Part shown: positions 25,721 through 35,955 of the stretch, piece by piece
How positions within the stretch are numbered: the first letter of the stretch is position 1
Layout: every line of letters starts with the position of its first letter
Source of the DNA: Cyanophora paradoxa CCMP329
Taxonomy: Eukaryota; Plantae; Glaucophyta
Direction: 5' to 3'
Assembly: GCA_004431415.1 (NCBI GenBank)
Contig: QPMI01000669.1
Coordinates: forward strand, 1-51,398
DNA: 51,398 nucleotides
The notes under the pieces: generated by a model
Database searches by the model: none
Told to the model about the DNA's origin: nothing
The model's input: only the letters and a program-made list of their open reading frames with translations
Position numbers and translations under genes: made by a program

Positions 25721-26571
25721 TACGCCGCACGGTACCCGTGCCGCCTGGACTACTTTTGACTGCATCAATTGCAAGCTTGCACCGCAGCACGTGCACCGAA
25801 GCACGTGCAGCCCGTGGGCCGGATTGGCCCGTACCGCGTACTACGGTAGCTTTTCCTCGCGATCCAGCCTCTGCTCGCAGCCGCATCGCTGCGCCGACCT
25901 CGTTGGCGCCCCGGCCGCTGTCCCTTCGCGCCGGGCGGTCTTGCGAGCTGATCATGACCAGCTCTTGCGAACGCATCAGCGGCAAACCGATCGCGAGCGT
26001 TCGAGTTGCGAATAACAAAGAGCGGCGCGTGTGCAGCTGCAGCGCGTGAACAGTGAGTAAGCGAGATCATTGCATGCACGAGAATCCGGGCGTGAACTGA
26101 GCTTCGGCACTGAGCTTAAGCAAGAGAAAGCGCCTCAGCAGCCAACAAGAGAAAGCTAACATGCGACGAGGGCGCAAAGCTGCTGCAGTTTCAACCTGCC
26201 GCGCGCGCTGGGCCGGGGTCGATCTACATCTGCCCCGTGCATGTTCGTGCCACTACTACTCTTTCATTAGATCCCGATTCCCCCCTTGCACCCCCGGCGC
26301 GCCAAACGCGGCCGGGCCCCTAGTATCTATATCACATCTAAAACTAAGAAATCCACGTATACGTACATCTTTAGCTACGCATGCGCACGCATCGCCACGC
26401 CATTTAAATTCATGAGCAGGCCGCCGGGCCGGGCCCTGTGAAATTCGCACTCTGGGATTGGCCAGCTCGGGCCAGCGGCGCGCGGCCGGCTGGGGTGGAG
26501 GGGGACGGCCAAGGGCTTCAAAAAGCTTCAAAAAGGGGCGGTGCCAGCGATCGCGGGTCAAGCAAACTCTG

Positions 26572-29500
26572 CTAGAGGCTGGCGTCGAAGGTGCCATTTC
26601 GGACCGTGGGAAATTTACGATTGCCATCCGGATCCTCGTCGCCGGCTCTGCGTGGGGTCGAGACCTTCCAGCTCGAGGCGGCGAAGCCGTCGCGGAGCAG
26701 CGCAAGCGTCGAGGTCCATAGGCGATCGAAAGACTCCAGGCTCAGTTTCTTGAACAGGTCGACGGATAGGTCCAGCCGCAGGCGGGGGCCCAGCGGCGCC
26801 AGCAGCGCAAGCGCCTCCAAGTCTGCATCGCAGTGGACAAGGGAGCTGAGGATCAGCTTACCGGCGTCCCTGAGGGCGCCGGCGAGCGCCCGCATGGCGC
26901 CGAGGCGATCGTCTGAGGTCGTGTGGCCGAGGTTCGTCTGGACAGTCAGTCCCGTCCAGGGCTCCAGATCGGTCAGCGCTTGGAGGCCGAAGTCGTCACT
27001 TGCCTGCAGGCAGAACGAGTCTTGATGAGAGCGATAGATTGATCAAAAATAGATTGATTGAGAGCGAGTCTAGCGGACCGTTTGATCAAAATAGATTTTG
27101 CAGCTGTGGAGCTTCCGCCGCAGGCTCGCCGCAAATTTAACTGCATGCACATCGCCGTGTACCTGTACATGTGCCCGAGATGCATTAATTTATGAGCTTG
27201 AAGGTTACGAAGGTTACAGACTTTTATGTCGATCTTAGTGTGCTTCGGAAGAGCGTTCAGAGCGTCTGCGAGGGGCTTCGCTTCCAGCTCGAGCCCCGCA
27301 ACTATCCTGTGGATGCTGCGCAAATATCCATTACGAATAAATTGCCGAACTTGAGCTTTGAGTTCGAGGTTTATAATTATTCCCATGGACGTACTAGAGG
27401 GATACTTCCTTAAGGCTTGAGATCCGTGCAAGCGGTGCGGCGTGCTTCGCGATCCCCCTGTTGTCATCCCAACCAGTGAAGAAGATCTGGTCACGATGCC
27501 GACCGCGGATCACGCAAACGCAGAAGAAGCTTTTGCTCTCGGATGATCACCTTGAGTGGTGACAGGAGACGCTGCAGACCCGAGAGCCGTGCCAGCGCAT
27601 TGAAGAAGCGCTCGCCCGTCTCGGGCGTGTACGAAATCTCTTCCATCACTTCATCCGAGATTTCAAGGTCCTTGATGACCTGAGCGCATGCGCAGCAGAA
27701 ATGAGTTTTAAGATCTAGAGTGGGCACAGCTAGGTTTATTACATAATCACTGGTCGAAACCGCACTCCAGACACGAATTTGGATGCAAATGAACGAAACA
27801 AGGTTGCACCTGTGCTGCACGGGAAGTACCAGCGAGGACTTCAATGGCTTCCACTGGGCCGATGTCGTCCTCTTCCTTGTACGAGCCGGTATCACCTCTC
27901 TTGAGAAGCCGGTAGTACTGCATTGCAATTGCAATCAGTTGTATTGGCGCCACAATAGCACGTATACATACATGTACATGTTTTAGAAATTAGTGGCAAA
28001 TGCACATGTACCGGGCAGTACAAAAGATATATGCATGTATTAGAAATTCTATTGACTGTCGCCGGATTAATGTTCATATTAAAAACTTCGTGGAAAATTA
28101 AAAATTCGGATCATGATCAAGCTTATAATTAAGGGCAAGGGGCGTCGCATCAAGCGCACGATAGATAGGCTTGCGCACCGACTCTACAATGCGAAGCTTG
28201 ACGCTGTCAAGACGGGGATCCGAGAGGAAAGGCACCGCCAGGCGGAGCTGAGTGTATGGCACGCTGATATCGACCGAGCGGAGGGCGGGGAGGACGCGGA
28301 GGAGGATCCGAATGTATTCGGCGCCAAGGGGGAAGGGGAGGCTGAGGTGCTGGAGCAATCTGAAGGGCGACAGAACAGTTGAGGCCAGGCGCTGGTTTTT
28401 GTGAATGTCAATGAATTCGTTCCACGCGAAGAACCCGCCACTCTCCTCCACATCTCTGCCCAACTCGAGCTGCAATCGAGCGGAGTGCACGTGCGAGTCA
28501 GAGCGAGTCAAGATCTTAACCTAGATCGGGAAGTCGCAATCGGCGCACCCGAGACAAATTCGGCATCGCGCCGAGCGCTAGCAGAAGAGCCTTGATGCGC
28601 GGCCACCTCGAATCGCGCGGGTGCCCATGATCAAAGATCTTGTCCGTGCGCTCCGACTCGTCCTCCCAAAAAGTTTGCCCACGGAACTCGACGCGCACAG
28701 TGCCTATCGTCGGTGAGGCGCGCGCGAGGTTCCTGACGACCTCTACCGTCTTGCGGGCCTCCTCGATCTCGTCAGCAGCGTCGTTCTCTTCGCTGGGCTC
28801 TTCTGAATCAACGTTAACGCTGCAGATGCTGCTGAAGCGGAGGCGCAGGGCCCGCGCGCTGCCCCACGCCGCGAAGCGAGCCTTGCGGTGCAGCGACGCC
28901 AGCATCCGCTTGAGCCGCTGCATGTGGCTCGCGTTGAACTGGGCACATGCGTTTGCAATTGCGTCACTGCAGTCGAACGACTTCAGTGCTTCCTTCACCG
29001 CCCGAATCTCCGCCTCGGGGGGCGCGAGGTCGAGCTCGTCCCACACGATGGTCCGCAGGACGCCGCGCAGCCGCCGGCAGACCTGGTAGGGCCGGCACTG
29101 CGCATCGAGGTCGTCCGGAACGCGCGTCAGAAGAGGCCGCGGCCGCGCGCGGATTTGATTCGATGTCGGACGGGAGCGGGCGCGGGGCGCACGAGGAGGA
29201 CGTCTCGGAGGCCGATGGAGCGGACGATGTGCACGAGCAGCTCGTCCGGGAGCGCGTCCAGCCGCGGCTCGACGCCGGCGGAGCTCGCACCGCCGTCCGC
29301 GGCGGCGGAGGAGCTCGAGCTCGCGCTGCAGCTGCCAACGTCGACGGAGCTCGAGCTCGCGGGGCCGGGGCCGGAACGCGCCCGCTTGCTCGTCCGCGGC
29401 CGCTCGTCATCCTTTTGCATCTGCGAAGAGCCGAGTCACCCCGAAGTCCGACCCGCATGCATATGCGCACTAAGGCCTAGGTTCGGCCGCGCGCACGGGC

Positions 29501-29700
29501 TCCGGAGCGGTGCTCAACAGCAACGCGACGACGCCGGCGAGAGTATTCCCACTCCTCTCCGCATACTCCTCGAGCCGCGTGTACAAGTCTGCGCGTTCGA
29601 GGCCCAAGGTCAGCGCGCGATGCCGCGTTCTCCCTTCGCTGCCATTTGCGGACCGATCGGCAGCTCCAGGGATTTCGTCTCCATCTCGATAGCTCTGCAC
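26572..29700 (-). CDS. F-box protein with Leu-rich C-terminal region and an RHH-like N-terminal exon
   Basis: F-box motif LDALPDELLVHIVRSIGLRDVLL..VCRRLRGVLRTIVWDELDL. Later exons at ~29070-28550, 28470-28145, 27950-27810, 27680-27170 and 27020-26572 (internal boundaries approximate). Exon 29700-29497 splices in phase 0 to ATG 29420. Confidence 0.7.
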
Positions 29701-30171
29701 GAGGCCGAGCTCCGGGTTCCAGCCGCCGTGTGAACGGCAAGACCGGCGGCTATGCTGCTCCTAGGCTGCCTGCAATGTCTGCGGCTGCTTTCGATAGCAT
29801 GGAAGCTGCTCGATTTGACCTCTAGACGCCAGGTGCGCCTCGAGACCGCCTCGCCACAGCTGCCACTCGTACCCTGCCCCTTCGTTCGCGCACTATCGGC
29901 GATCTAGTGTGCGGACTCAGCGCGAGGCGCAGATGTCCCAGCGTCGAGACCGCTCGCTCTCCGCTCGTTAGAAGCTCCTTGTAGCTCGTCTTGGCATCAG
30001 CACGCAGCGCAGCTCCTTGCTCTCTGCAGCTCCCATCGCCATCAGCACGCCCGCCGGTGAGCAACTTTTAGCATCGCCCGCTACTCGCCTGCACACCGCT
30101 CGCTCGTTCCGGCGCACATGTACAGCTCCCCGCGGGCGCGCTTCTGCCGCTGACCGCCCCGGCCCGCAGGC

Positions 30172-30996
30172 ATGGGCAGAGGGTGGATCCCGGGGCAGGG
30201 GAAGCTGGGCCTGTCGTACGAGTGCCGGGCGGAGTGGCCGGCGGCGGAAATCGCGGCGGCGGGCCCCGAGAACATCCGCGTGCTCGAGCTCGGCGGCAAC
30301 AGGCTCACGAGCATCCAGGGGGCCGAGCTCGCTAAGCTGACGAACCTGGAGGTGCTGTGGTTGCACGACAACCTGCTGACGGCGCTGCCGCCGGAGATCG
30401 GCCGCCTCGCCGCCCTGCAAAAGCTGGCCGTGGAAGGCAACAGGCTGACGGCGCTGCCGCCGGAGATCGGCCGCCTCGCCGCCCTGCGGGGGCTGCGGCT
30501 GGGCCAGCTGACGGCACTCCCGCCGGAGATCGGCTGCCTCGCCGCCCTCAAATGGCTGTACGTCGGCGGCAGCCATGGCCAGCTGACGGCGCTCCCCCCG
30601 GAGATCGGGCGCCTCGCTGCATTGGAGACGCTCTGGTTCGGCTCGCAGCAGCTGACGGCGCTGCCGCCGGAGATCGGCCGCCTTGTGTCCCTGCGGCAGC
30701 TGCGCGTGCACAACAATCAGCTGACGGCGCTGCCTCCCGAGATCGGCCGCCTCGCAGCCTTGCAGACGTTGGACGTGAGCCACAACCAGCTTACGGCGCT
30801 GCCGCCGGAGATCGGCGGCCTTGCCGCCCTACGGTACCTCTACGCCCACGGCAACCCCGTCGTGGACTCGTGGCCCGAGCCCGTCCGCCATACCGTCAAC
30901 CAGAATGACGGGGAGTTCAAGAAGCAGGGGAGTGCTCAGTGCGCCGCCGTCGTTCTGTTCCTGCGCTCCCTCCCCGTACCCGTCTCCGCCGCCGCG
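30172..30996 (+). CDS. LRR protein, paralog of 2237-3776 (LRR exon; downstream exons uncertain)
   Basis: Same N-cap (MGRGWIP..RAEWPAAEIAAAGPENIRVL) and C-cap (NPVVDSWPEPVR) but more LRR units. Same phase-0 gtgcgccc donor at 30997. Confidence 0.9.
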
Positions 30997-31782
30997 GTGC
31001 GCCCCGCAGCCCCGCGCCGCCTCTGTGCCGCGCCCTCAAGCCCCTCACTCCCCTCCGCAGCCGTCCGTCGCCCCGCCCGCCCCGCGCCCTCCCGCCACCC
31101 TGGTCGCCCCGGCCCCGGGTCCGCCGCCCCTCGAGCTCTCCCCCGCGCGCTCGAACGAACGTCCCGCCCTGAACTCCGCCCCCCCCCCCCCCCCCCCCCT
31201 TTCAGTCCCCCCTTTCGGTCCCCCCCACTGAAGCCGACAGGAAAGCGTGGGGCTGCGCCGTGAGGTGCTGGACCCTCCTCCCGCCCCCGCCCCCGTCCCC
31301 GCCCCGCCCCCGCCCCGCCCCCGCCCCGCCCCCGCCCCGCCCCCGCCCGCCCCCGCCCCGCCCCCGCCCCGCCCCCGCCTCCCGCCTCCCGCCTCCTGTC
31401 GCCGGTGCTCGTCTCACGCCTTCGCGGCGCAGTTAGGCGTGGACGCCGCGGCGCTCGCCCTCCGCTACGGCGGCGCCCTCGTGGCCGACCGGCCTCGCTC
31501 CTGCCCTCTCCTCTGCCGCCAAGATCGGGGTATGCTCGCCTCTGGTGCCTGTCGATCTGGTCCGCCCCTTTCCTCTTCTCTCCCCCGCCGCCCCCACCCG
31601 CCGCTGATGGGCCGCGAGCTCAAGTCCAAGATCGGGGTACGCTCGCCTCTGGCCCTGCCCCGCCTCCCCCCCCCTTCTCTCCCCCCCTCCGAACCAACCT
31701 TACGGGGCGGGGCGGGCGTGGCGCGCGCAGGAGGGGATGCAGCGCTGCCGGACCTTTCTCTGCTTCCACTTCCACAACTATC

Positions 31783-31950
31783 GGGGGAGGGGTACGGCGA
31801 ATCCGCCGAGGCAGAGTCGCAGCTCGAGGCGACGACGCTCATGGTTCGCGTACCCCCCCCCGCGGACGGCGCGGGCCCAAATCGAAGTCGGGGTACAGAG
31901 TTTCAGGAGGCCCGAGCGAACGGAGGGGGGCGAGGGGCCGTCTACCCCCC
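31783..31950 (+). pseudogene. Diverged fragment copied from the AAA ATPase gene (exon-intron-exon)
   Basis: ggggaggggtacggcgaatccgccgaggc...ggaggggggcgaggggcc.tctacc matches ~21518-21680, including the intron. Confidence 0.8.
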
Positions 31951-33259
31951 CGCGCGACACCAGAGGTAAGGCAGGCTCGTTGTAAGGCCGCGGCGGCGGG
32001 CGCGGCGGGCTGGCCGCGCTGCCGGTCGGCTTAGCAACGGGGCACGCTCGCACCCGCGTCCGCCGCCGTCCCCGCGCACTGGATGGTGAACTGGGGACGG
32101 CCGCGGCTGCCGCGGCGGCCTGCGCCGGTGATCGCGATCTGCGACTCCCTGCGGCTCGGGCGCACCGGCTCCCGTCTGGTCCCCGATCGACGCGGGGCGG
32201 CCTCCTCCTCCCCCTCCCCCCCCCCCCCCCCCCCCGCGCCCCCCGCAGCGGGACGGGATCCGGACGGGTGCCCTGCGCGCGGGTGCCCGAATTTGGACCA
32301 TATGCGGGCATACGTATACGTATACGTAGGACCCGTAGGGAGAGTTTATTTTTACGTAGTTTCTTTTTTTTCGCTTTGCAATATTAATTGTCTTATAATT
32401 ACATTTCTCACCAATTGCACGCTATAGCTAGTTTTCAAGTTAAACATCGCAGGGGTAGTCAGCCCCGACGCGGGCCCTATCAAATGAAACGATCGATCGC
32501 ACTTGAGCTCGAGAGAACTGCGGGGCCGGCCCTGCGAGGCTGGCCGTGCTATTTACTGCGCTATCTATATATGTACATGTCTAGTCGACGTCATCAAAGA
32601 GCAGATATCCGATGGTCTCAAAAATCGATAATCGGGTAACGCTATAAATACATAATCCCGAATTTAAGTTCCGCAACGGGATCTGGCAGTACTAGAAACG
32701 AAACTGGGATCCCTAGTGGCCCTCGAATCGAAATAAAACAGCCGCCTTCGGCCTCTAAATAAAAACGATCGCGAGCTAACTAGCATGAAACCGGTACCAT
32801 CAAACTGCACTTGACTGTCTGTCTCTTCTCAAAGGGCCGGGGGCGCCCCTACAACTCACCAATGCAACTACAGTACAATCGCTGATCGCCCCGTTCGCTG
32901 ACTGAGAATCCCAATAAGAGTATATATGTGGGCCTTTGTGAAGCGTTGAGCTCTCGAGCTTGCCCCTTCGCTGTCAATGCATTGTTAACCCTCGGAGGTT
33001 GCATGAGTCACGCGTCGCGGAGGTTTGGGTGTTATATTGCGATCAGGTACACGCTGCACTAACAGGGGGGCTAGCACTAACCGACGCGGGGAGTAACAGC
33101 CGGTGTACCCCTCGGGGGGCCTCCCGGCCTCTAACGATGCTCAGGCTCTAACTGAATGCTGTACCCCCCGCTGTTACTGCCCGAACCTTCCGAACTTGCG
33201 TAATTCGGCCTCGCCCTGTACCCAGTGGCTGGTGTCGTCCATCCATTCGCGTACCTCCC

Positions 33260-34641
33260 TCTGACGCTTGAGTGACTCACGCTGCTCGGGGGTAGGGGAG
33301 GGGGGCCTTCGAGGCGGGGTGGGGAAGGGGGTACGGTGGCAAAATTCAGCCACTCGGGGGTATGCCGAATTCGCCGTGAACGATCCTCTGCGGTGTGAAA
33401 TACCGGTCGCTGCTCACGGCCAAGTGGAAGAACGCGCTCCTGAGCCCGGAGAGGAAGCGTGGTTGCATGAATGGCTGCTGGAGGGACTCGTCGCGCCAGG
33501 GGGCTACGAAATCAATGATACGCTGCTGTACCTGCGCGGGCAGGGCAAGGATCTGGCTCTTGCGGTTCGCAAAGGCCGTCCACAGCGCTTGCAGGTCGGC
33601 CCAATCGCCGTTCAGATCCCTGCGTTCGCGCCTCAGGTACGATCTCGGGTTCTCTGTCATACCCATCAAGCCCGCGGCCCTGATCATCTCCCTGTCCGGG
33701 AGCTCTCGCTCGTCGTGGAATTCGTCTCTAATCCAGCGCACAAGGTAGAGCACGCGCTCCATGAAGTTCTCCGCCGGCGAGCCGCCCCTGAGGACGTGCG
33801 CCTCCCCTCCAGCACTGCGTTCGCATCCTCCAAGTCCACGTTCCGCTGTCGAATCTCCCGTCCAGGTCGCCGTTGTTGTACAGCACGTCGGACTCGCGTG
33901 TTCGCGCCATGCTCGCGGCTCGGTGAGAATTTATACCTGTACCCCTACTCGCGGTCGGGGTACCTGTCGCCGGGCATCAGCCTCGCGCGCTTCCGCATCT
34001 CCGCCTCCCCGGGTAGCCAGTTCTTCGGGTCGTTGCTCCACTCCTCCCATTCGCGTATGTCCCGTCTGACGTCACGCGGGGCGGGGGCGTTTATCGTGGG
34101 CGGGCGGGGCTGGCAGGGCCTGGCGCGGGGGGTTGAGGCCCCTGTTCCACGAGTACTCGGGGTACTCTTCCCATCCCAGGGGTACCAGATTCATCGGAAT
34201 TGGCTCAACTTCGAATTGGGGCTTTTTGACGTGATAATCATAGTTTGTGACATACGCCGTCACAGCCGAGCGCAAGCGCGAGAGGTCGCGCAAATTTACG
34301 TCGTCCCATTGCGAGTCCCTTGCCTTCGCGTACCACTCGAGGATTTGCATGCGAATGTGGTCCGGGAGGGTCGAGAGTATGCTGAGCTTGGAGCCCAGGG
34401 CGAACCAGATGCGCTTGAACTCGTCGATAATCCTGCCCTCGTCGTGGCTCCGAACGTAATGGGCCCCGCCAGCGTTGTGATGCGAATCGAGCCACCCTGC
34501 CTGGGCCAGCTCTAGCACCGGCCAGGGTTGGCGCTGTCGATTCGGTCGCGAGGCCCGCTCAACCACCCAGCGTCTAAGGTCCTTGACCTGATCTATGAAC
34601 TGTGCGATCACGTCCTTGGGCGCTTCCTCTGCATCCGACAT
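33260..34641 (-). pseudogene. Hypothetical Trp/Arg-rich protein, disrupted, divergent from YqaJ
   Basis: MSDAEEAPKD.. (34641-34072) continues via frameshifts (DIREWEEWSNDPKNW.., one in-frame TAG ~33945) into ENFMERVLYLVRWIRDEF.. (33762-33346). Possible short GT-AG introns at the 3' end. Confidence 0.5.
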
Positions 34642-34691
34642 TTGTAATTGCACACATCAAGAAATTCTAAACGCTACTGCGAGGCTAAGCT

Positions 34692-35381
34692 ATGCATACC
34701 GATACAGATTGCGAGACTTTGCAACAGGGGAGCGCGGCGTGGCACGCGGCGCGCCGTGAAAAACTAACTGCATCTAATTTTGCGGCTGCGTGCGGCATAA
34801 ACCCCTGGAAATCCAGGGCCCGCCTGTGGGCGGAGCTAAGCGGGATAGCGGAGGAAAACAACTTTGACAACCCTGCCCTAACCTACGGGCACGACTACGA
34901 GCCCTTCGCGGTCTCTATCTACAAGGCACTGAACGATAACGTTGACATTAAACATACTGGACTGCACGAACATAAAGAAATGCCGTTCCTCGCCGGTAGC
35001 CCCGACGGACTTATAGGAAATGATAGAATTTTAGAGGTGAAATGCCCGTACAAGGGCGAACTTTATGATAGAGTTCCTACTTATTACATGCCGCAGTTAC
35101 AAGGACTTCTGGACATAACGGGCCGCGAGTGGGCCGAACTTTTTTGCTTCACTCCTCTGCGCGTGCAAACGTGGTACGTCAGGCGCGACGAGAGGTACAT
35201 CGAGCTCATGAGGAAGTGCTTACATCTATTTTGGATGCACGTCAAGGAGGGCACGCCGCCCGAGCCCTACAGCGATCGAATGAAGTTAGAGAACCTCAGC
35301 GAGGAGCAGGCGGCGCTGCGCGAGTTTAAGTCGTACGCCCTCCTCTCAGAGTCTAGGCAGACTACTTCTGTCCCAGGCTAG
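34692..35381 (+). CDS. YqaJ-like viral recombinase / lambda-type exonuclease (PD-(D/E)XK)
   Basis: QGSAAWHAARREKLTASNF, YGHDYEP, FLAGSPDGL, ILEVKCPY, YYMPQLQGLL, FW; intron-less. Confidence 0.95.
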   Translation: MHTDTDCETLQQGSAAWHAARREKLTASNFAAACGINPWKSRARLWAELSGIAEENNFDNPALTYGHDYEPFAVSIYKALNDNVDIKHTGLHEHKEMPFLAGSPDGLIGNDRILEVKCPYKGELYDRVPTYYMPQLQGLLDITGREWAELFCFTPLRVQTWYVRRDERYIELMRKCLHLFWMHVKEGTPPEPYSDRMKLENLSEEQAALREFKSYALLSESRQTTSVPG

Positions 35382-35890
35382 GTCTTTGGAATCTTAATAT
35401 AAATTTTCCGGGGACCCGGGACAGGCCTTGTCGGACATGGCAATGTCAGAACCTTCCCGATCATCTAGATCTATAATGATTCTAGGGAGGGTCCAGACAC
35501 ATCTCTTGTGCGGACCACTTCTGTCCCAGGTCTTTGGAATCTTAATATAAATTTTCCAGGGACCCGGACAGGCCTCGTCGAACAAACCTCTTCATGGGCC
35601 AAGATTTCGTGCATGCATCGGCCGCAGCTCATGCGAAAAATCATGTCTGATCCGATCCTGATCATGACGTCCTGCAAATTGAAGAATCGTCTGACCGGGA
35701 GTGTCCCGGGTCCCTGGAAATTTTATATTAAGATTCCAGAGACCCGGGACAGATCTACCTAGAGGGAACATCCAAAATGCTGTACCCCTCCCACCCCGTG
35801 ATCTTTCGAATTCAATCTGATGGGCCGACCTGAGTGACGGTGTCCTGGGTCCCGGAAAGTTTATATTAAGATTCCAAGGACCTGGGACAA
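35364..35890. repeat. Four 50-bp palindromic units (two forward, two inverted): putative replication origin
   Basis: TGTCCCAGGTCTTTGGAA-TCTTAATATAAATT-TTCCAGGGACCCGGGACA at ~35369(+, 5-nt insertion), 35522(+), 35702(-) and 35841(-). Confidence 0.9.
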
Positions 35891-35955
35891 GAGCAATGCA
35901 TTTTCGCACGACGTTGACATAGCCTGATCACGAGAGAAAAATGTACCCCGATCTA

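Noticed and set aside
33268-34515. 415-aa + strand ORF
   Set aside because: Antisense to a - strand gene that has a proper ATG, the upstream motif and more protein-like composition.
35364-35890. CRISPR-like array
   Set aside because: Units are 50 bp, orientation flips, spacers are ~90-130 bp, there are no cas genes, and the context is eukaryotic.
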